Below, in pieces: positions 14,755 to 24,863 of a stretch of 46,525 nt of DNA. The stretch spans positions 1-46,525 of the IMG/VR virus record IMGVR_UViG_3300043443_000500; one strand, written 5' to 3'. Made by a program: the position numbers and the translations under genes. Source of the DNA: a virus (lineage: Duplodnaviria; Caudoviricetes). Numbering within the stretch: the stretch's first letter is position 1; each line of letters begins with the position of its first letter. The notes beneath the pieces are model-generated. The model was not told the origin of the DNA and did no database searches. It worked only from the letters and a program-made list of their open reading frames with translations.

Positions 14755-17223
14755 ATGGAAGAAGTTAAAAAGTGTGCCGTTAATATTGCGAAAAACGGCC
14801 TGTCGGTTTTCTCGGCAAAAGTGGATAAAACTCCAGTCCAGAGAAGGCAAAATAGAATTGTGGAATTGAGAACCAATCCACAAACGATGGCTGATCTTGA
14901 AATAGATTTCAGCCAGCCACAGGTCGCCGGTATTGCGATCAATTGTGGCCCAGTACCAAATCAGAACAAGGATTTGGAATGTCTGGATATCGACTCTCCT
15001 GATATTGCCTCATGCTTCATTGGAGACTTGGAAGTAACCAACAAGGAACTTGCAGACAAGCTAAAGGGGTGCGTTGAGCAAACTCCTTCCGATGGTCTGC
15101 ACATTTTTTATTACCTTCCATTGGGTAAATCAAAATGCCGTGACCTGGCAATCATGTCTACGGAGAAAAGCAGAGCATGGCTTGCAGAAGCAAAAGCAAG
15201 AGGGTCATCAAAGTTAGTTGCCCCACCTTTGATTGAAACCAAGGGTGCTGGTGGATATGTGGTTGGATTCTATTCCAAGGCTATCAGCAAGATCGATGGA
15301 ACTATAAAGCCTTATTCCATGGTTCATGGAGGGGTGGAAACCATTCCCCTTCTGACTGCATCAGAGCATGATTTCTTGATCGCTTTTGCCGGTTGCTATG
15401 ATGAGAAATCCACCAAGAAGTTTACCACGGCACATCCTGAACCAGTTGCGAAGTATGACCTTCCCAAACGATCTGCCATTGATCAATGGAGGGCAGAAAC
15501 ACCATGGACAGAAATACTTCCAGAATCGTACACATTAAAAGAAGTTAGGCCTGACTATTTTGTCTGCTGGCATCCAGACAGTTCAGACCTCAAAACCCCC
15601 AATGCGGTGTGTGGTGCAAAAGCCGGAGGCTTGGATCGTTACTGGTCATTTTCCCCGAATGACTGGAGACTTCCCGCAAACACACCGCTTACTAAAGATT
15701 ATGTTTTTTGTGCCAGTCGTGGATGGACTGCTGGTTCCAAGGAATGGAAGCAGTTCTATGGGAGTGTATTTGATAAGTACTGCCACAAGGATGATGAGGC
15801 TGAACCATCCAGAATCGAGCAGATATTCACAGAATCGACCAAGGGCAAGAATGTAAAGGTAAAGAAATTCATCGACATTGTGCCTGATGAATCCATTTCT
15901 TTTCCAGGATGGATCGACACTTACATTGACTACTGCATGAGAAACGCCCTGTATCCAGAGAAGAGAATTGCAGCAGCATCTGCATTAGGTATGTTCTCTG
16001 CTCTGGTTGGCCGTAGCGTCATGGGGCCAGGAGAACTGAAGTTAAACTTGTATATGGTCGTTCTTGGTCTTACTGCCAATGGAAAGGATTTCCCGCGAAA
16101 ATTGAATGCCAGAATATGCATGGAACTGGATCATGGTGATCTGCTTCTCACCAAGGTTGGTAGCCGTGAAGGTCTTGAGGAGAAGGTCATGGTTGCACCA
16201 AGATTTCTCATGGCTGATGAAGGTGCATTCGACCTTGAGAAAATGAAGTCTGGAGACATACGATATACCGATGTCATGGGATCATTGCTTGAAATGTTCA
16301 CCTCAAACTACATCAAGAGAAGAGTCCGTGCCGGAGAAGACGATGAGGAAAATTACATCCGTTATCCTTTCCTATCCGTAATGACTTCCAGTACACCAGA
16401 AGAATACTTCAAGGCATTGTCACCGAAATTTATCAGGTCAGGTTTCTACAACAGGCTTTTGATTCTTCAGGCATCGATCAGGGGAAGAATGAATATCCGA
16501 GGTATATCCGTTCAGGAACCTATACCGGAATATCTAATAGATACCGCTGCAAGGCTGATCGCCATGAATGAAAACATGGTTCCCAAGAATGCCAAACAGG
16601 TTCTGGACGATATGGGTGTTGATGTTACGGACAATCAGCCTATCAACAAGATTGAGAATGATCCAAGAATACTTGAACTTACTGAAGATGCCATGGAATA
16701 TTTTCAGGAAGAAGTATGGAAAAATGATGACATATACAGCGAATATCAGAAGAAGGGTGACGAGGAAAAAGCTGCATCCTGTGCCAGACTTCCGGAACAG
16801 GCATTGAAGATCGCCTGTCTCTGGGAACTCAGTAGAGACATCAAAGCCAAGGAACTGTCACTAGAGGCAATCATGGCTGGAATGAAGTTTGTCAAGGAAG
16901 TGAATAAAAGGCAGACCGCAAACACCGTCATGATTTCAGACACCAAGTTCGGGGAAATAACGGACAAGATCATCAAACTGATCGAATCCAATTACACCGA
17001 AATAGAACCTGGGGTGACCGGAATAAAGCTTACGGATGCCAAGAGGCTTTTGAGAAAAACCGTACACAATGGGCAGTCCGTGGATGATGCCATTAGGTAT
17101 CTTCAGGATTGCGGAGAAGTAGTCGTGAAAAGGTCGAAGGAAAGAGGTTGTATGTATCTTGTTATAAACGACCAACAATCTTCTCAATCGAAGTCTTCGG
17201 AACCGCAAGAAGCGAAAGATTAA
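14755..17223 (+). CDS. Bifunctional primase-polymerase (Prim-Pol) fused to a DUF3987-like ATPase/helicase
   Basis: IAINCG, LDID, TPSDGLH.FY, ETKG.GGYVV; C-terminal GLTANGKD, ADE, SGFYNR. Confidence 0.85.
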   Translation: MEEVKKCAVNIAKNGLSVFSAKVDKTPVQRRQNRIVELRTNPQTMADLEIDFSQPQVAGIAINCGPVPNQNKDLECLDIDSPDIASCFIGDLEVTNKELADKLKGCVEQTPSDGLHIFYYLPLGKSKCRDLAIMSTEKSRAWLAEAKARGSSKLVAPPLIETKGAGGYVVGFYSKAISKIDGTIKPYSMVHGGVETIPLLTASEHDFLIAFAGCYDEKSTKKFTTAHPEPVAKYDLPKRSAIDQWRAETPWTEILPESYTLKEVRPDYFVCWHPDSSDLKTPNAVCGAKAGGLDRYWSFSPNDWRLPANTPLTKDYVFCASRGWTAGSKEWKQFYGSVFDKYCHKDDEAEPSRIEQIFTESTKGKNVKVKKFIDIVPDESISFPGWIDTYIDYCMRNALYPEKRIAAASALGMFSALVGRSVMGPGELKLNLYMVVLGLTANGKDFPRKLNARICMELDHGDLLLTKVGSREGLEEKVMVAPRFLMADEGAFDLEKMKSGDIRYTDVMGSLLEMFTSNYIKRRVRAGEDDEENYIRYPFLSVMTSSTPEEYFKALSPKFIRSGFYNRLLILQASIRGRMNIRGISVQEPIPEYLIDTAARLIAMNENMVPKNAKQVLDDMGVDVTDNQPINKIENDPRILELTEDAMEYFQEEVWKNDDIYSEYQKKGDEEKAASCARLPEQALKIACLWELSRDIKAKELSLEAIMAGMKFVKEVNKRQTANTVMISDTKFGEITDKIIKLIESNYTEIEPGVTGIKLTDAKRLLRKTVHNGQSVDDAIRYLQDCGEVVVKRSKERGCMYLVINDQQSSQSKSSEPQEAKD

Positions 17224-18715
17224 AGGCATCTGCAAGGTCGGGAGAGTGTTTGAGTCTGCGTTTCATGGCATCCTTGGATTCAACCACTCTTCTGCCTATG
17301 GAATCAACCACATATATTGGAGTTCTCAATTCATCCAATATTTTGTCCCGTAGATGCAGCGGAAGCTTGGAAATGGAAACCTTCCCCTCCATGGCCAACT
17401 CCGCTGCCTCAAACCACAAGGCAGACCTCATGTTCGGAAACTCTCGCCATCTACTGGCTTCTCCAGAAGAGTTAATGCCATAGAATAGGTAATCACCACG
17501 ATTATCGACAACACCGCCACCCACGCCACCTTCGTCAATCAGGACTGGAATCTTGTACCTTGACTGATGACCTTGTTCATATTTGTTGCAGTATTCCTTG
17601 ATCTTCTCGGCAAATTCCTTGGTGGAAAGACCTCGAAACTCTCTGGCATCAATTATCTGTGGGCCATGGCGAACCACAATGCAACTGCGATCATCACCGA
17701 AACGAGCAGGATCAGCACCAATTTGCATGAGCCATTGTGGATTGTCAGGGATCGCATCGAGTATTTGTCTAAGGCCAATCGCAGACCAGACCGAGTTGAT
17801 TGCCTTACTTGGGTATCTACCGAGTACTTGGACATCGAAAAGCGGGTCTTCGACCATCCACCCTTTACCCTCAAATTCAAAATATGCCGGTTCATTTTCT
17901 TCTCCCTCCATGGCTGATCGACACTCGGACTTTATTCGTTGCACCACATACTCATAGTTGATCGCACCGGGAATGATATCAGCCTTATTGACCACATTGG
18001 GATGATCCAATGCAGACAGGTGAAACAATCTCCAGTTCGGGTCTTGCTCTGCAAAATAGGCAGGACTGGATGAGTCATATGGGTTGTATATGCAGAACCA
18101 TAAACAACTCTCCTTGGAAGCAGAAAGCATCGATTCTGCTCGCTCCCAGAAGGTTGGTTCAATACCGGATGCTTCATCGAACAGGATGCATAAACCACCA
18201 GGGTTGTGACGGCCTTGAAATGCATCAGCCTTCTGTGCGGTCAGGCCTTGAATATAATGCATGGGACTTTTTTCAAGACGATTGGCTTTTGGCATCCAGT
18301 TCGGATCGCCAACTCTGATTCTTCTCAGTTCTTTAAAAACACCGTCACGAACCTGTTGTGCTACGGGTGCGGAGATAAGCACCTCAGAAGGTGCGAAATG
18401 ATCGTGAAACCAACTAGCGATAACAGCACACAAATAAGTTTTGCCTTGATTATGGGCTGAACGAACAAGAATTTTTCGATCACCGTTAGCAACCGCATTA
18501 AAAATCTCCATCTGCTGTGGACTGAGTTTTATTCCTAGGTAGTCGCAATACTCCTTGGGAATCCTCGGTATCACTATAGTCTTCTGATTCAGCCTCCTTA
18601 TTTCCTTGATGGCTGCCAGTTGATCCAGTTGATCCTTCAATGCCGGACTCGATAAGACCTTTTGCCACTTCCTTAGCAATTTGTTTGTTAATTGCTGCTT
18701 CGAGTTGTTGCCCAT
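17162..18715 (-). CDS. terL: Terminase large subunit
   Basis: LSPQQ Q-motif, VRSAHNQGKT Walker A, LFDEASG Walker B, YNP, nuclease GADPARFGDD, ESKD.MKRRL.HSPD.ADA. Confidence 0.93.
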   Translation of the reverse strand: MGNNSKQQLTNKLLRKWQKVLSSPALKDQLDQLAAIKEIRRLNQKTIVIPRIPKEYCDYLGIKLSPQQMEIFNAVANGDRKILVRSAHNQGKTYLCAVIASWFHDHFAPSEVLISAPVAQQVRDGVFKELRRIRVGDPNWMPKANRLEKSPMHYIQGLTAQKADAFQGRHNPGGLCILFDEASGIEPTFWERAESMLSASKESCLWFCIYNPYDSSSPAYFAEQDPNWRLFHLSALDHPNVVNKADIIPGAINYEYVVQRIKSECRSAMEGEENEPAYFEFEGKGWMVEDPLFDVQVLGRYPSKAINSVWSAIGLRQILDAIPDNPQWLMQIGADPARFGDDRSCIVVRHGPQIIDAREFRGLSTKEFAEKIKEYCNKYEQGHQSRYKIPVLIDEGGVGGGVVDNRGDYLFYGINSSGEASRWREFPNMRSALWFEAAELAMEGKVSISKLPLHLRDKILDELRTPIYVVDSIGRRVVESKDAMKRRLKHSPDLADAFNLSLLAVPKTSIEKIVGRL

Positions 18716-18956
18716 TTTCCTGTCCTTTATTGTTCCGCTCTATGATCCATTGCAAGGCTCTCCAATCCTCAGAGCCATGCTCATGAATGATTTGCTGCAT
18801 GGAGATGGTGGCCTGAGCCTTGGCCTTGAGCATTTCCTTTTTGTGCCAAGGTTCAAGGTCTTTCTTGGAAATACCAAAAGCCCTCATGGCTAGCTTGATA
18901 TCAACACCCCTCTGGATGTTTTCCAGCATCTCATAAAATGATTCCTGTTCGATCAT
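18498..18956 (-). CDS. Putative terminase small subunit
   Basis: Directly upstream of terL; HTH-like N-terminus and DWRALQWIIER motif. Confidence 0.6.
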   Translation of the reverse strand: MIEQESFYEMLENIQRGVDIKLAMRAFGISKKDLEPWHKKEMLKAKAQATISMQQIIHEHGSEDWRALQWIIERNNKGQENGQQLEAAINKQIAKEVAKGLIESGIEGSTGSTGSHQGNKEAESEDYSDTEDSQGVLRLPRNKTQSTADGDF

Positions 18957-19141
18957 TTGGGCATATTCTCCATGACAGGATAGGTTGCATCCTGTGGGGT
19001 AGTAGGGTCAACCAAAGCACGAATCATTTCCAGAGTTTCAGCCGTGTAAATCAGCGAGGCAGCTATTGCCTGTGGGTAATTCCCTGACTCATAAGCCTTT
19101 ATGGATTCGATCATCCAGTCTGCACCCATCTTACTAATCAT
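18953..19141 (-). CDS. Hypothetical protein
   Basis: AAGGAAGG RBS; ATGA coupling to the putative terS. Confidence 0.6.
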   Translation of the reverse strand: MISKMGADWMIESIKAYESGNYPQAIAASLIYTAETLEMIRALVDPTTPQDATYPVMENMPK

Positions 19142-19169
19142 TGATATTCCTTCCTTTCTGGGGTATCAT
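19141..19169 (+). promoter_or_regulatory. Rightward promoter overlapping the RBS/start of the divergent terminase unit
   Basis: TTGATA-17 bp-TATCAT. Confidence 0.45.
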
Positions 19170-19214
19170 TAACCTTGTATTTTATACACAAAGTATTAAT
19201 TTTGCGAGGTTAAA

Positions 19215-19751
19215 GTGGCAGACCTAGTAGGTGCGATTAATAACCTGAAAAAATTGCTTCAAGAAAAAGCAAAAAGAAAAGGTTCGAGAAATCTTACCGA
19301 AGCAGTCGCTGCACAAGACATTGAATCAACGGCAAAAGCCTGGGAACAGGAATGGGAATATAAGCCAACATCAACATGGGCCACCATGTTCAAGTTTGTG
19401 CCAACCATGTTTGGAATAGCTCAAGTTGGTGCAATCGTTATGTATGTTCGATTTGGGAAAGGAAGTCCGGCAGGATATATATACCCAAGAGTGCCATTTA
19501 AACTCTTCTACCAGTACATGACAACCAAGGCCAGAGGTGGATCAGTTTACTGGGGTAAGGGCGTTCCTGCCTTAAAAGAATATTCTGTTGCTGCAAGAGT
19601 GGTTGGTGGGAAAGTTAAAATTAAAGGTAAAATAGGTGCTAGACAGGTAAAGGCCAGAGGCATCATGTTTCCAACAAGGGCAGTATCGAAAACAAAACGG
19701 GCAGCAACCATGTACCGCAATATTCCAAGGTCTGTAAGGTATTACAAATAG
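19215..19751 (+). CDS. Basic protein with a KTSC-like domain
   Basis: MYVRF.......YIYPRVPFKLF..YM......GSVYW resembles KTSC; GAGG RBS before GTG. Confidence 0.55.
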   Translation: MADLVGAINNLKKLLQEKAKRKGSRNLTEAVAAQDIESTAKAWEQEWEYKPTSTWATMFKFVPTMFGIAQVGAIVMYVRFGKGSPAGYIYPRVPFKLFYQYMTTKARGGSVYWGKGVPALKEYSVAARVVGGKVKIKGKIGARQVKARGIMFPTRAVSKTKRAATMYRNIPRSVRYYK

Positions 19752-19758
19752 GTGAACT

Positions 19759-20064
19759 ATGTACCTCAATCCATACTACAGACATATCCAAGACCTAAAG
19801 CGGGAGTTTTGCAGACTCATGACTAAAGACGATATTGCTGTTATCAAGCATATGCTTCAGCGTAAAGCTGCCAGGGGCAACATGAAGGCAGCAGAAATGT
19901 TGATGAAGGTTTACGACTGGCAAAGGGATTTAGATGATGCCGTAGACAAGAAGCACGAACTTGAAGTCATCATGGGTTCACCCACGGACGGACTTATGAA
20001 ACGAATTCGCCCAGGACAGATTGCCTTGTCCAAGCCGGAGATTGAGGAAAAGAAACAGGCTTAA
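19759..20064 (+). CDS. Hypothetical helical protein (terS-like oligomerisation motif)
   Basis: DDIAVIKHMLQRKAARGNMKAAEML. Confidence 0.55.
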   Translation: MYLNPYYRHIQDLKREFCRLMTKDDIAVIKHMLQRKAARGNMKAAEMLMKVYDWQRDLDDAVDKKHELEVIMGSPTDGLMKRIRPGQIALSKPEIEEKKQA

Positions 20065-23000
20065 TCTTCGTCAGGTTCAAAGTTCGGACAACCCATGCAT
20101 TTTTTCCAATCTGTTGTTTCATGAAGATCGCACTGTCTGATCCACTTTTTAGGGCAGTTGCAATCCTTACGATCAATCACTTTTCCAATGTGCTTGCACT
20201 TTTCTGGGTTACGATAAGCTGACATTAAATTATCATTATAAACTCCGGACGATTGAACAAATGTTTCATAATCAAGTATTTCATTAAATTGAGGAGGAAA
20301 CGAATGCTTATTACTTCCATCTTGTCTTATGTTTTCTTCAAATACAATATCGCATTGAAATCCAAATGTTCCTCTTGATTTTCCATATGGTGCAAGAGTC
20401 CAATTTGGATATAAAGGGTACTGGTAATCATACAATATAACTGGACTTGAGATTCCTCCAGTTTTACTTTTTCCATTGTAAACAAAAATTGAATTTATAA
20501 ATTTTATTTTTAACGGGTGTAATGATATGACTTCTATATTTTCGTAATCCAATTCGCAAATAATACCACCAAAACTAATTCTCTTAAAGTCTTTTGATGT
20601 TAAAAGAATTTCTTTATCTGTATTAATTCCAGTATTAGTTATTTGACTTGAATAGCTTATTCCATTTTTTTCAAAATTCGGATTTGTTGACCATTCGTAG
20701 TCATTGGTATCAAATTTTGAATATCTTGGAGCATTATAATAACTCATGTTCTTAATGTAATAATCGTACTCAACTTGCAATGAGAATCCATTATTATCAT
20801 ATCCTCCATCTCTTGCATATTGATCAATAATGATTGGATCATTATCAATAGATTTTTGATATGTGTCAGCCAATCTTATCAAGACATTTCCAGCATTTTG
20901 AATATTATCAGTTATTTTTTTCACAAAAATGCAATACAGTATTCTTTTTTGTTTATAAGCATTTACTGTTGGAGAAAAACAAGGCGGTATTGATCCATAG
21001 CTTGAATATTCATTATTTTTATCTTCAACAAAAAATAAATTATAAGAGCTAGTTTTTGCCCTTGATGGAGATCCTATTTCTATTTTTACAGGATTACCAG
21101 TTTTCCATATTTCTTCGTCACCAGAAACCAAAAGGCAGTTCCTGTATTCACTATCTTCATATTCGTTGCCATAAATTCTTCCCCAATACCCTTGCTTATA
21201 TTTTTTATAATTCATTCCAAAAACAATTGATATGTATTTTTTCTTAATAGAAGTTTGAGTTTGTTCATAATCGGGAACAAGTCCATCTCTATTAATTACA
21301 AATTGATTTTCAGCATCAATATCTGGCGGAGAAAAGACAATATTGTTAGTTACACCATATATTGACTCTCGCAATGATTGTTCATCATTGTAATATGATG
21401 CAGAAAGAGTGTATGAAGAATACCCATAAGGAACTCCAACATATTCAATATAAGCATCTCCTGGAAATAACCATTGTGGCTGACCAAATATTGCGTCTTC
21501 AGAATTGTCAGAAGTAAGGTAATAAAAAGCATCAATACTTGTTAAATTTAATTGCTCAACTTTTCTTATATTTTCAAAATTAACTTTAAATTCTTCAACG
21601 GAATTAAACTTCTTGTATACACCTCTCCATGGGTATGAATCGTATGCACTTGATGAGTTTCCCAACTCAGGAATATATGATGAGCTTTGTCCAGGTATAT
21701 CTTTGATTCTGCATAATGGTGAACTTTGAAATTTTAATTCAATATCACATTTAAACCCCATATTTAATTGTGCTAAATATCCAATAGGGAGATTGTGATC
21801 GGAGGGGTTTAAACTATAACCAGCAATGTATCTATTTTGAGTTCTTTTATAAAGCTGAGAAACAAGCGTTGGCCCAACCATTGATACATCTTTTGCAATC
21901 AATGTTGTTAACCCATCTTTATCTGTTGTTGAATAAATGCTTCCATTGTTTGTGTTGTTAAAAGACCTTCCTGAATTATTGTACAATCCGCAATTTATAC
22001 CCTCAATAGATGGCACTCCGTCTGTATATGTAATAGATATATTTCCAGATGTGGGATAATAATTTTGACTAAAAGCTCTATTTGATGTGCCGTTTAATGC
22101 TGGGCCTTTGGTGTAATAAGAGCAAGAAAAGCCACCAAAAGGAGTATAAGTGTAATATCCACCATCATAAGGCATGATGTTTTCTCCTGAAACAGAACAG
22201 GAAGCGATATCGATTCCAAAATTAATTGGAATTATTTCTGAAATTGAAACTGAAAAAGAATTAAGTGAAACATTATATGAAAAATAATTAAGCATAAAAC
22301 CCAACGAATTTGGCAATCGATAAAGATTTTGAACATTTCTTGTAATCTGATTTGGGTCATTGTCTATTTCATAAAATTCATGAACAAAAGGGAATTGAAA
22401 ATCTTTAAACTCATTACCTTGGATTGGTGGCAAAACAGAAACTGCATTGTTTGAGCAATTGTTTGGAATTTTTACTCCAAAAACAGAAAAATCATGTTCT
22501 TGTATGTAAGATATTAGTGAAGAATAATCACCTGGGTCTAATGGCTGAATAGGTGGTATTATTTCAGTATTATTGCAGTAACCATCTAAAAAACCTTGAT
22601 CGCATGGAGGTGGGCCAGAACTTCCAGGTGGATAAACATAAGAATAACAGTTGTAACTACTGCCATCACCTCCAAAAGTTGTATTGCAAGTGTTTATAAT
22701 AATGCTATTCCCATAAAAATTTTGTGTAAAAAGTGGAGAGTAATAATAGGTACTGCCTTTAAAATTTGAGCCATATGCTTTAATAACACCATCTTCCTGA
22801 TTGTTTAATGGGTAATAAACTCCATTATAATATCCAGATTGCCACCAACTACCATAATACGAATGGGCTTTCATTAATGAAGTTGCGACTCCACTACACC
22901 CTTTGAATGGCATATAAAAAATATATTTGGCAAAATGAAATTTGTTTAATAAATCTTGAGAATACCACATCTCATTTTCAGTTCCATCAAAATCTAAATT

Positions 23001-23297
23001 ATAGCTAAGTGTTCCATTGGGAATAAACCTTTCTGCGAAATATTGAACAATGGGTTGGGTTGAAAATATGCTGGATTTATTAGATATTATTGCAGGACTT
23101 CCATTTGTATACCTTAAATAGTCTGGGACATATTTTATTATCGGATCAAGGCTTCTGAAATTTTTAATTGTCAGTGTTGGTTCTATTGTTTTTTTTGCAC
23201 AATAAGAACATGAACAACAGACTATACCTCCAAAATTTTGGTATTGAGTGTTATTTTTAAATAAATCATTTTCTGAATCTTTTTCTTTGTAAGACAT
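20061..23297 (-). CDS. Large Tyr/Asn/Ser-rich protein with Cys-rich termini (putative tail/receptor-binding protein)
   Basis: 1078-aa ORF; N-terminal CCSCSYC; C-terminal CKH.G.....CNC......C..H......C..C. Confidence 0.6.
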   Translation of the reverse strand: MSYKEKDSENDLFKNNTQYQNFGGIVCCSCSYCAKKTIEPTLTIKNFRSLDPIIKYVPDYLRYTNGSPAIISNKSSIFSTQPIVQYFAERFIPNGTLSYNLDFDGTENEMWYSQDLLNKFHFAKYIFYMPFKGCSGVATSLMKAHSYYGSWWQSGYYNGVYYPLNNQEDGVIKAYGSNFKGSTYYYSPLFTQNFYGNSIIINTCNTTFGGDGSSYNCYSYVYPPGSSGPPPCDQGFLDGYCNNTEIIPPIQPLDPGDYSSLISYIQEHDFSVFGVKIPNNCSNNAVSVLPPIQGNEFKDFQFPFVHEFYEIDNDPNQITRNVQNLYRLPNSLGFMLNYFSYNVSLNSFSVSISEIIPINFGIDIASCSVSGENIMPYDGGYYTYTPFGGFSCSYYTKGPALNGTSNRAFSQNYYPTSGNISITYTDGVPSIEGINCGLYNNSGRSFNNTNNGSIYSTTDKDGLTTLIAKDVSMVGPTLVSQLYKRTQNRYIAGYSLNPSDHNLPIGYLAQLNMGFKCDIELKFQSSPLCRIKDIPGQSSSYIPELGNSSSAYDSYPWRGVYKKFNSVEEFKVNFENIRKVEQLNLTSIDAFYYLTSDNSEDAIFGQPQWLFPGDAYIEYVGVPYGYSSYTLSASYYNDEQSLRESIYGVTNNIVFSPPDIDAENQFVINRDGLVPDYEQTQTSIKKKYISIVFGMNYKKYKQGYWGRIYGNEYEDSEYRNCLLVSGDEEIWKTGNPVKIEIGSPSRAKTSSYNLFFVEDKNNEYSSYGSIPPCFSPTVNAYKQKRILYCIFVKKITDNIQNAGNVLIRLADTYQKSIDNDPIIIDQYARDGGYDNNGFSLQVEYDYYIKNMSYYNAPRYSKFDTNDYEWSTNPNFEKNGISYSSQITNTGINTDKEILLTSKDFKRISFGGIICELDYENIEVISLHPLKIKFINSIFVYNGKSKTGGISSPVILYDYQYPLYPNWTLAPYGKSRGTFGFQCDIVFEENIRQDGSNKHSFPPQFNEILDYETFVQSSGVYNDNLMSAYRNPEKCKHIGKVIDRKDCNCPKKWIRQCDLHETTDWKKCMGCPNFEPDED

Positions 23298-23298
23298 A

Positions 23299-24492
23299 TT
23301 AAACTCCTGGCAATTGATACCAACCCTTTACACCATTTTCATTAGTTCCATAATACATATTTGCACCAGGAGACTGCTTGTCATTAACTAATGACCAAGA
23401 CATATTGGTTTTAAGATATGCTTGATTTGGAACTATAGATTGATATTGAGTCATAGTTACTTGAAGCCATTCTAATTGATTTGAATAATTAACATTTGAG
23501 GACAATATTGCATTTGAAAAACTAGGATAACTTTTTGGCCCATCATTTAGATTGGTGAAAGAAATCTGTGGCACAAATCCAGAAGGTGGTGGTGAAGTAG
23601 TGAAATATAGGCCATTAGAATTAGGATTAACAGCCACATAGTAATTGGCAGCACCATTGTAAGATGAAGGAGTATCAATAAGGCTTACAAATGTCTTTTT
23701 ATTGTCCTGAACAATATATGCAGTTTCGGTTGGATAAAATGTCCCATAGGTTGCAGAAATTGAACCATTAGTGCAAGTTACATCAGTAACTACAGTAACA
23801 CCGATTGGCCCAGATATTGAATTATTGAAAACAGCTACTGTTGGTCTTATGTCACTATTTTCAGGATCATTTGGATAAGGATTATATGATCCTCCAGAAT
23901 AAAATGCCAAATAATAACCTTGAGGTTTTAATTCTGATTGATTTATTTCTTTACCCCAAAATTTATTTTGAAATGTCCCTGAATTGTCTAAACTTGAATA
24001 AGAAAGAAGCGGATAATAGCCATTAACTGGCTCTTTGTTTGTATCAATTTTGACAAGGAGTTTTGAAGAAGGATCAAGACTTCTTAAGTATTCATAAACA
24101 TCACGGCCGTCTGATGAATCTACGCCTCGATATCTACCTATATAAATAAGGCCTTCTCCAGATATTCCATAAGTCGTAGAAAAATTGCTTAAATTGCTCG
24201 GATCATCATAATCATGAGGCATTGAATAAAGTTTTGGACAAGTTTCTCTTGTCTCATATTTTGCAGACAACCCTCCTTCAATTACTGAAAAATCAACACC
24301 ATCCCAAAAAACCTCATCAAATTCGTAAAAAAGATAATACCCTTTTGTTAAATCTTCTTTATCCTTTGGTATTTTGCTTCCAATTTTAAAATACAAAATT
24401 GGAGTATTACCTTCATTACTTATCGTGATTGATTTAGTCGCTGCATCATATCCGGCATTCATGCCGGTTCCCTGCACAGGTTGTATACGCAT
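23299..24492 (-). CDS. Putative minor tail/virion protein (start MRIQPV)
   Basis: GAGGAAG RBS; fibre-like motifs F..L.DTPSSY.G and L.ND..SPG...YYGT...G.KGW. Confidence 0.6.
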   Translation of the reverse strand: MRIQPVQGTGMNAGYDAATKSITISNEGNTPILYFKIGSKIPKDKEDLTKGYYLFYEFDEVFWDGVDFSVIEGGLSAKYETRETCPKLYSMPHDYDDPSNLSNFSTTYGISGEGLIYIGRYRGVDSSDGRDVYEYLRSLDPSSKLLVKIDTNKEPVNGYYPLLSYSSLDNSGTFQNKFWGKEINQSELKPQGYYLAFYSGGSYNPYPNDPENSDIRPTVAVFNNSISGPIGVTVVTDVTCTNGSISATYGTFYPTETAYIVQDNKKTFVSLIDTPSSYNGAANYYVAVNPNSNGLYFTTSPPPSGFVPQISFTNLNDGPKSYPSFSNAILSSNVNYSNQLEWLQVTMTQYQSIVPNQAYLKTNMSWSLVNDKQSPGANMYYGTNENGVKGWYQLPGV

Positions 24493-24502
24493 AGCTTCCT
24501 CT

Positions 24503-24537
24503 AAATAAAAACAGGACACATTTTACCGTGTCCTGTT
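24503..24537 (-). terminator. Rho-independent terminator closing the lysis-position module
   Basis: 10-bp stem AACAGGACAC/GTGTCCTGTT followed by TTTATTT on the minus strand. Confidence 0.6.
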
Positions 24538-24562
24538 ATTATCCTTTTGAAAATGATAAACT

Positions 24563-24841
24563 TCAAGAGTTCTTGATGACAACTGCCATGCATTGCATTA
24601 TCTGAGGATAACCCATAAATGCATGAGCGGTTTCAGAATTTATAACAGATTTTGACAATTCAATATTTGGAACAGGGATTCCCCTTGTTCCAGTCATAAT
24701 GTAATCGCAAAATGCATCTACTGCTTCTTCTTTTGTTACTGAATTCAAAAGAAATTTTCTAATTATAGAAATAGATGGATGCTCTTGTTGTTGACCACCA
24801 ATCATACCTCCAGGCATTTGTGGCATAGGAACATTAGACAT
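24563..24841 (-). CDS. Hypothetical protein
   Basis: AGGAAGCATCATG start context, identical to that of the upstream gene. Confidence 0.65.
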   Translation of the reverse strand: MSNVPMPQMPGGMIGGQQQEHPSISIIRKFLLNSVTKEEAVDAFCDYIMTGTRGIPVPNIELSKSVINSETAHAFMGYPQIMQCMAVVIKNS

Positions 24842-24863
24842 GATGCTTCCTTTCTAAAAACTC

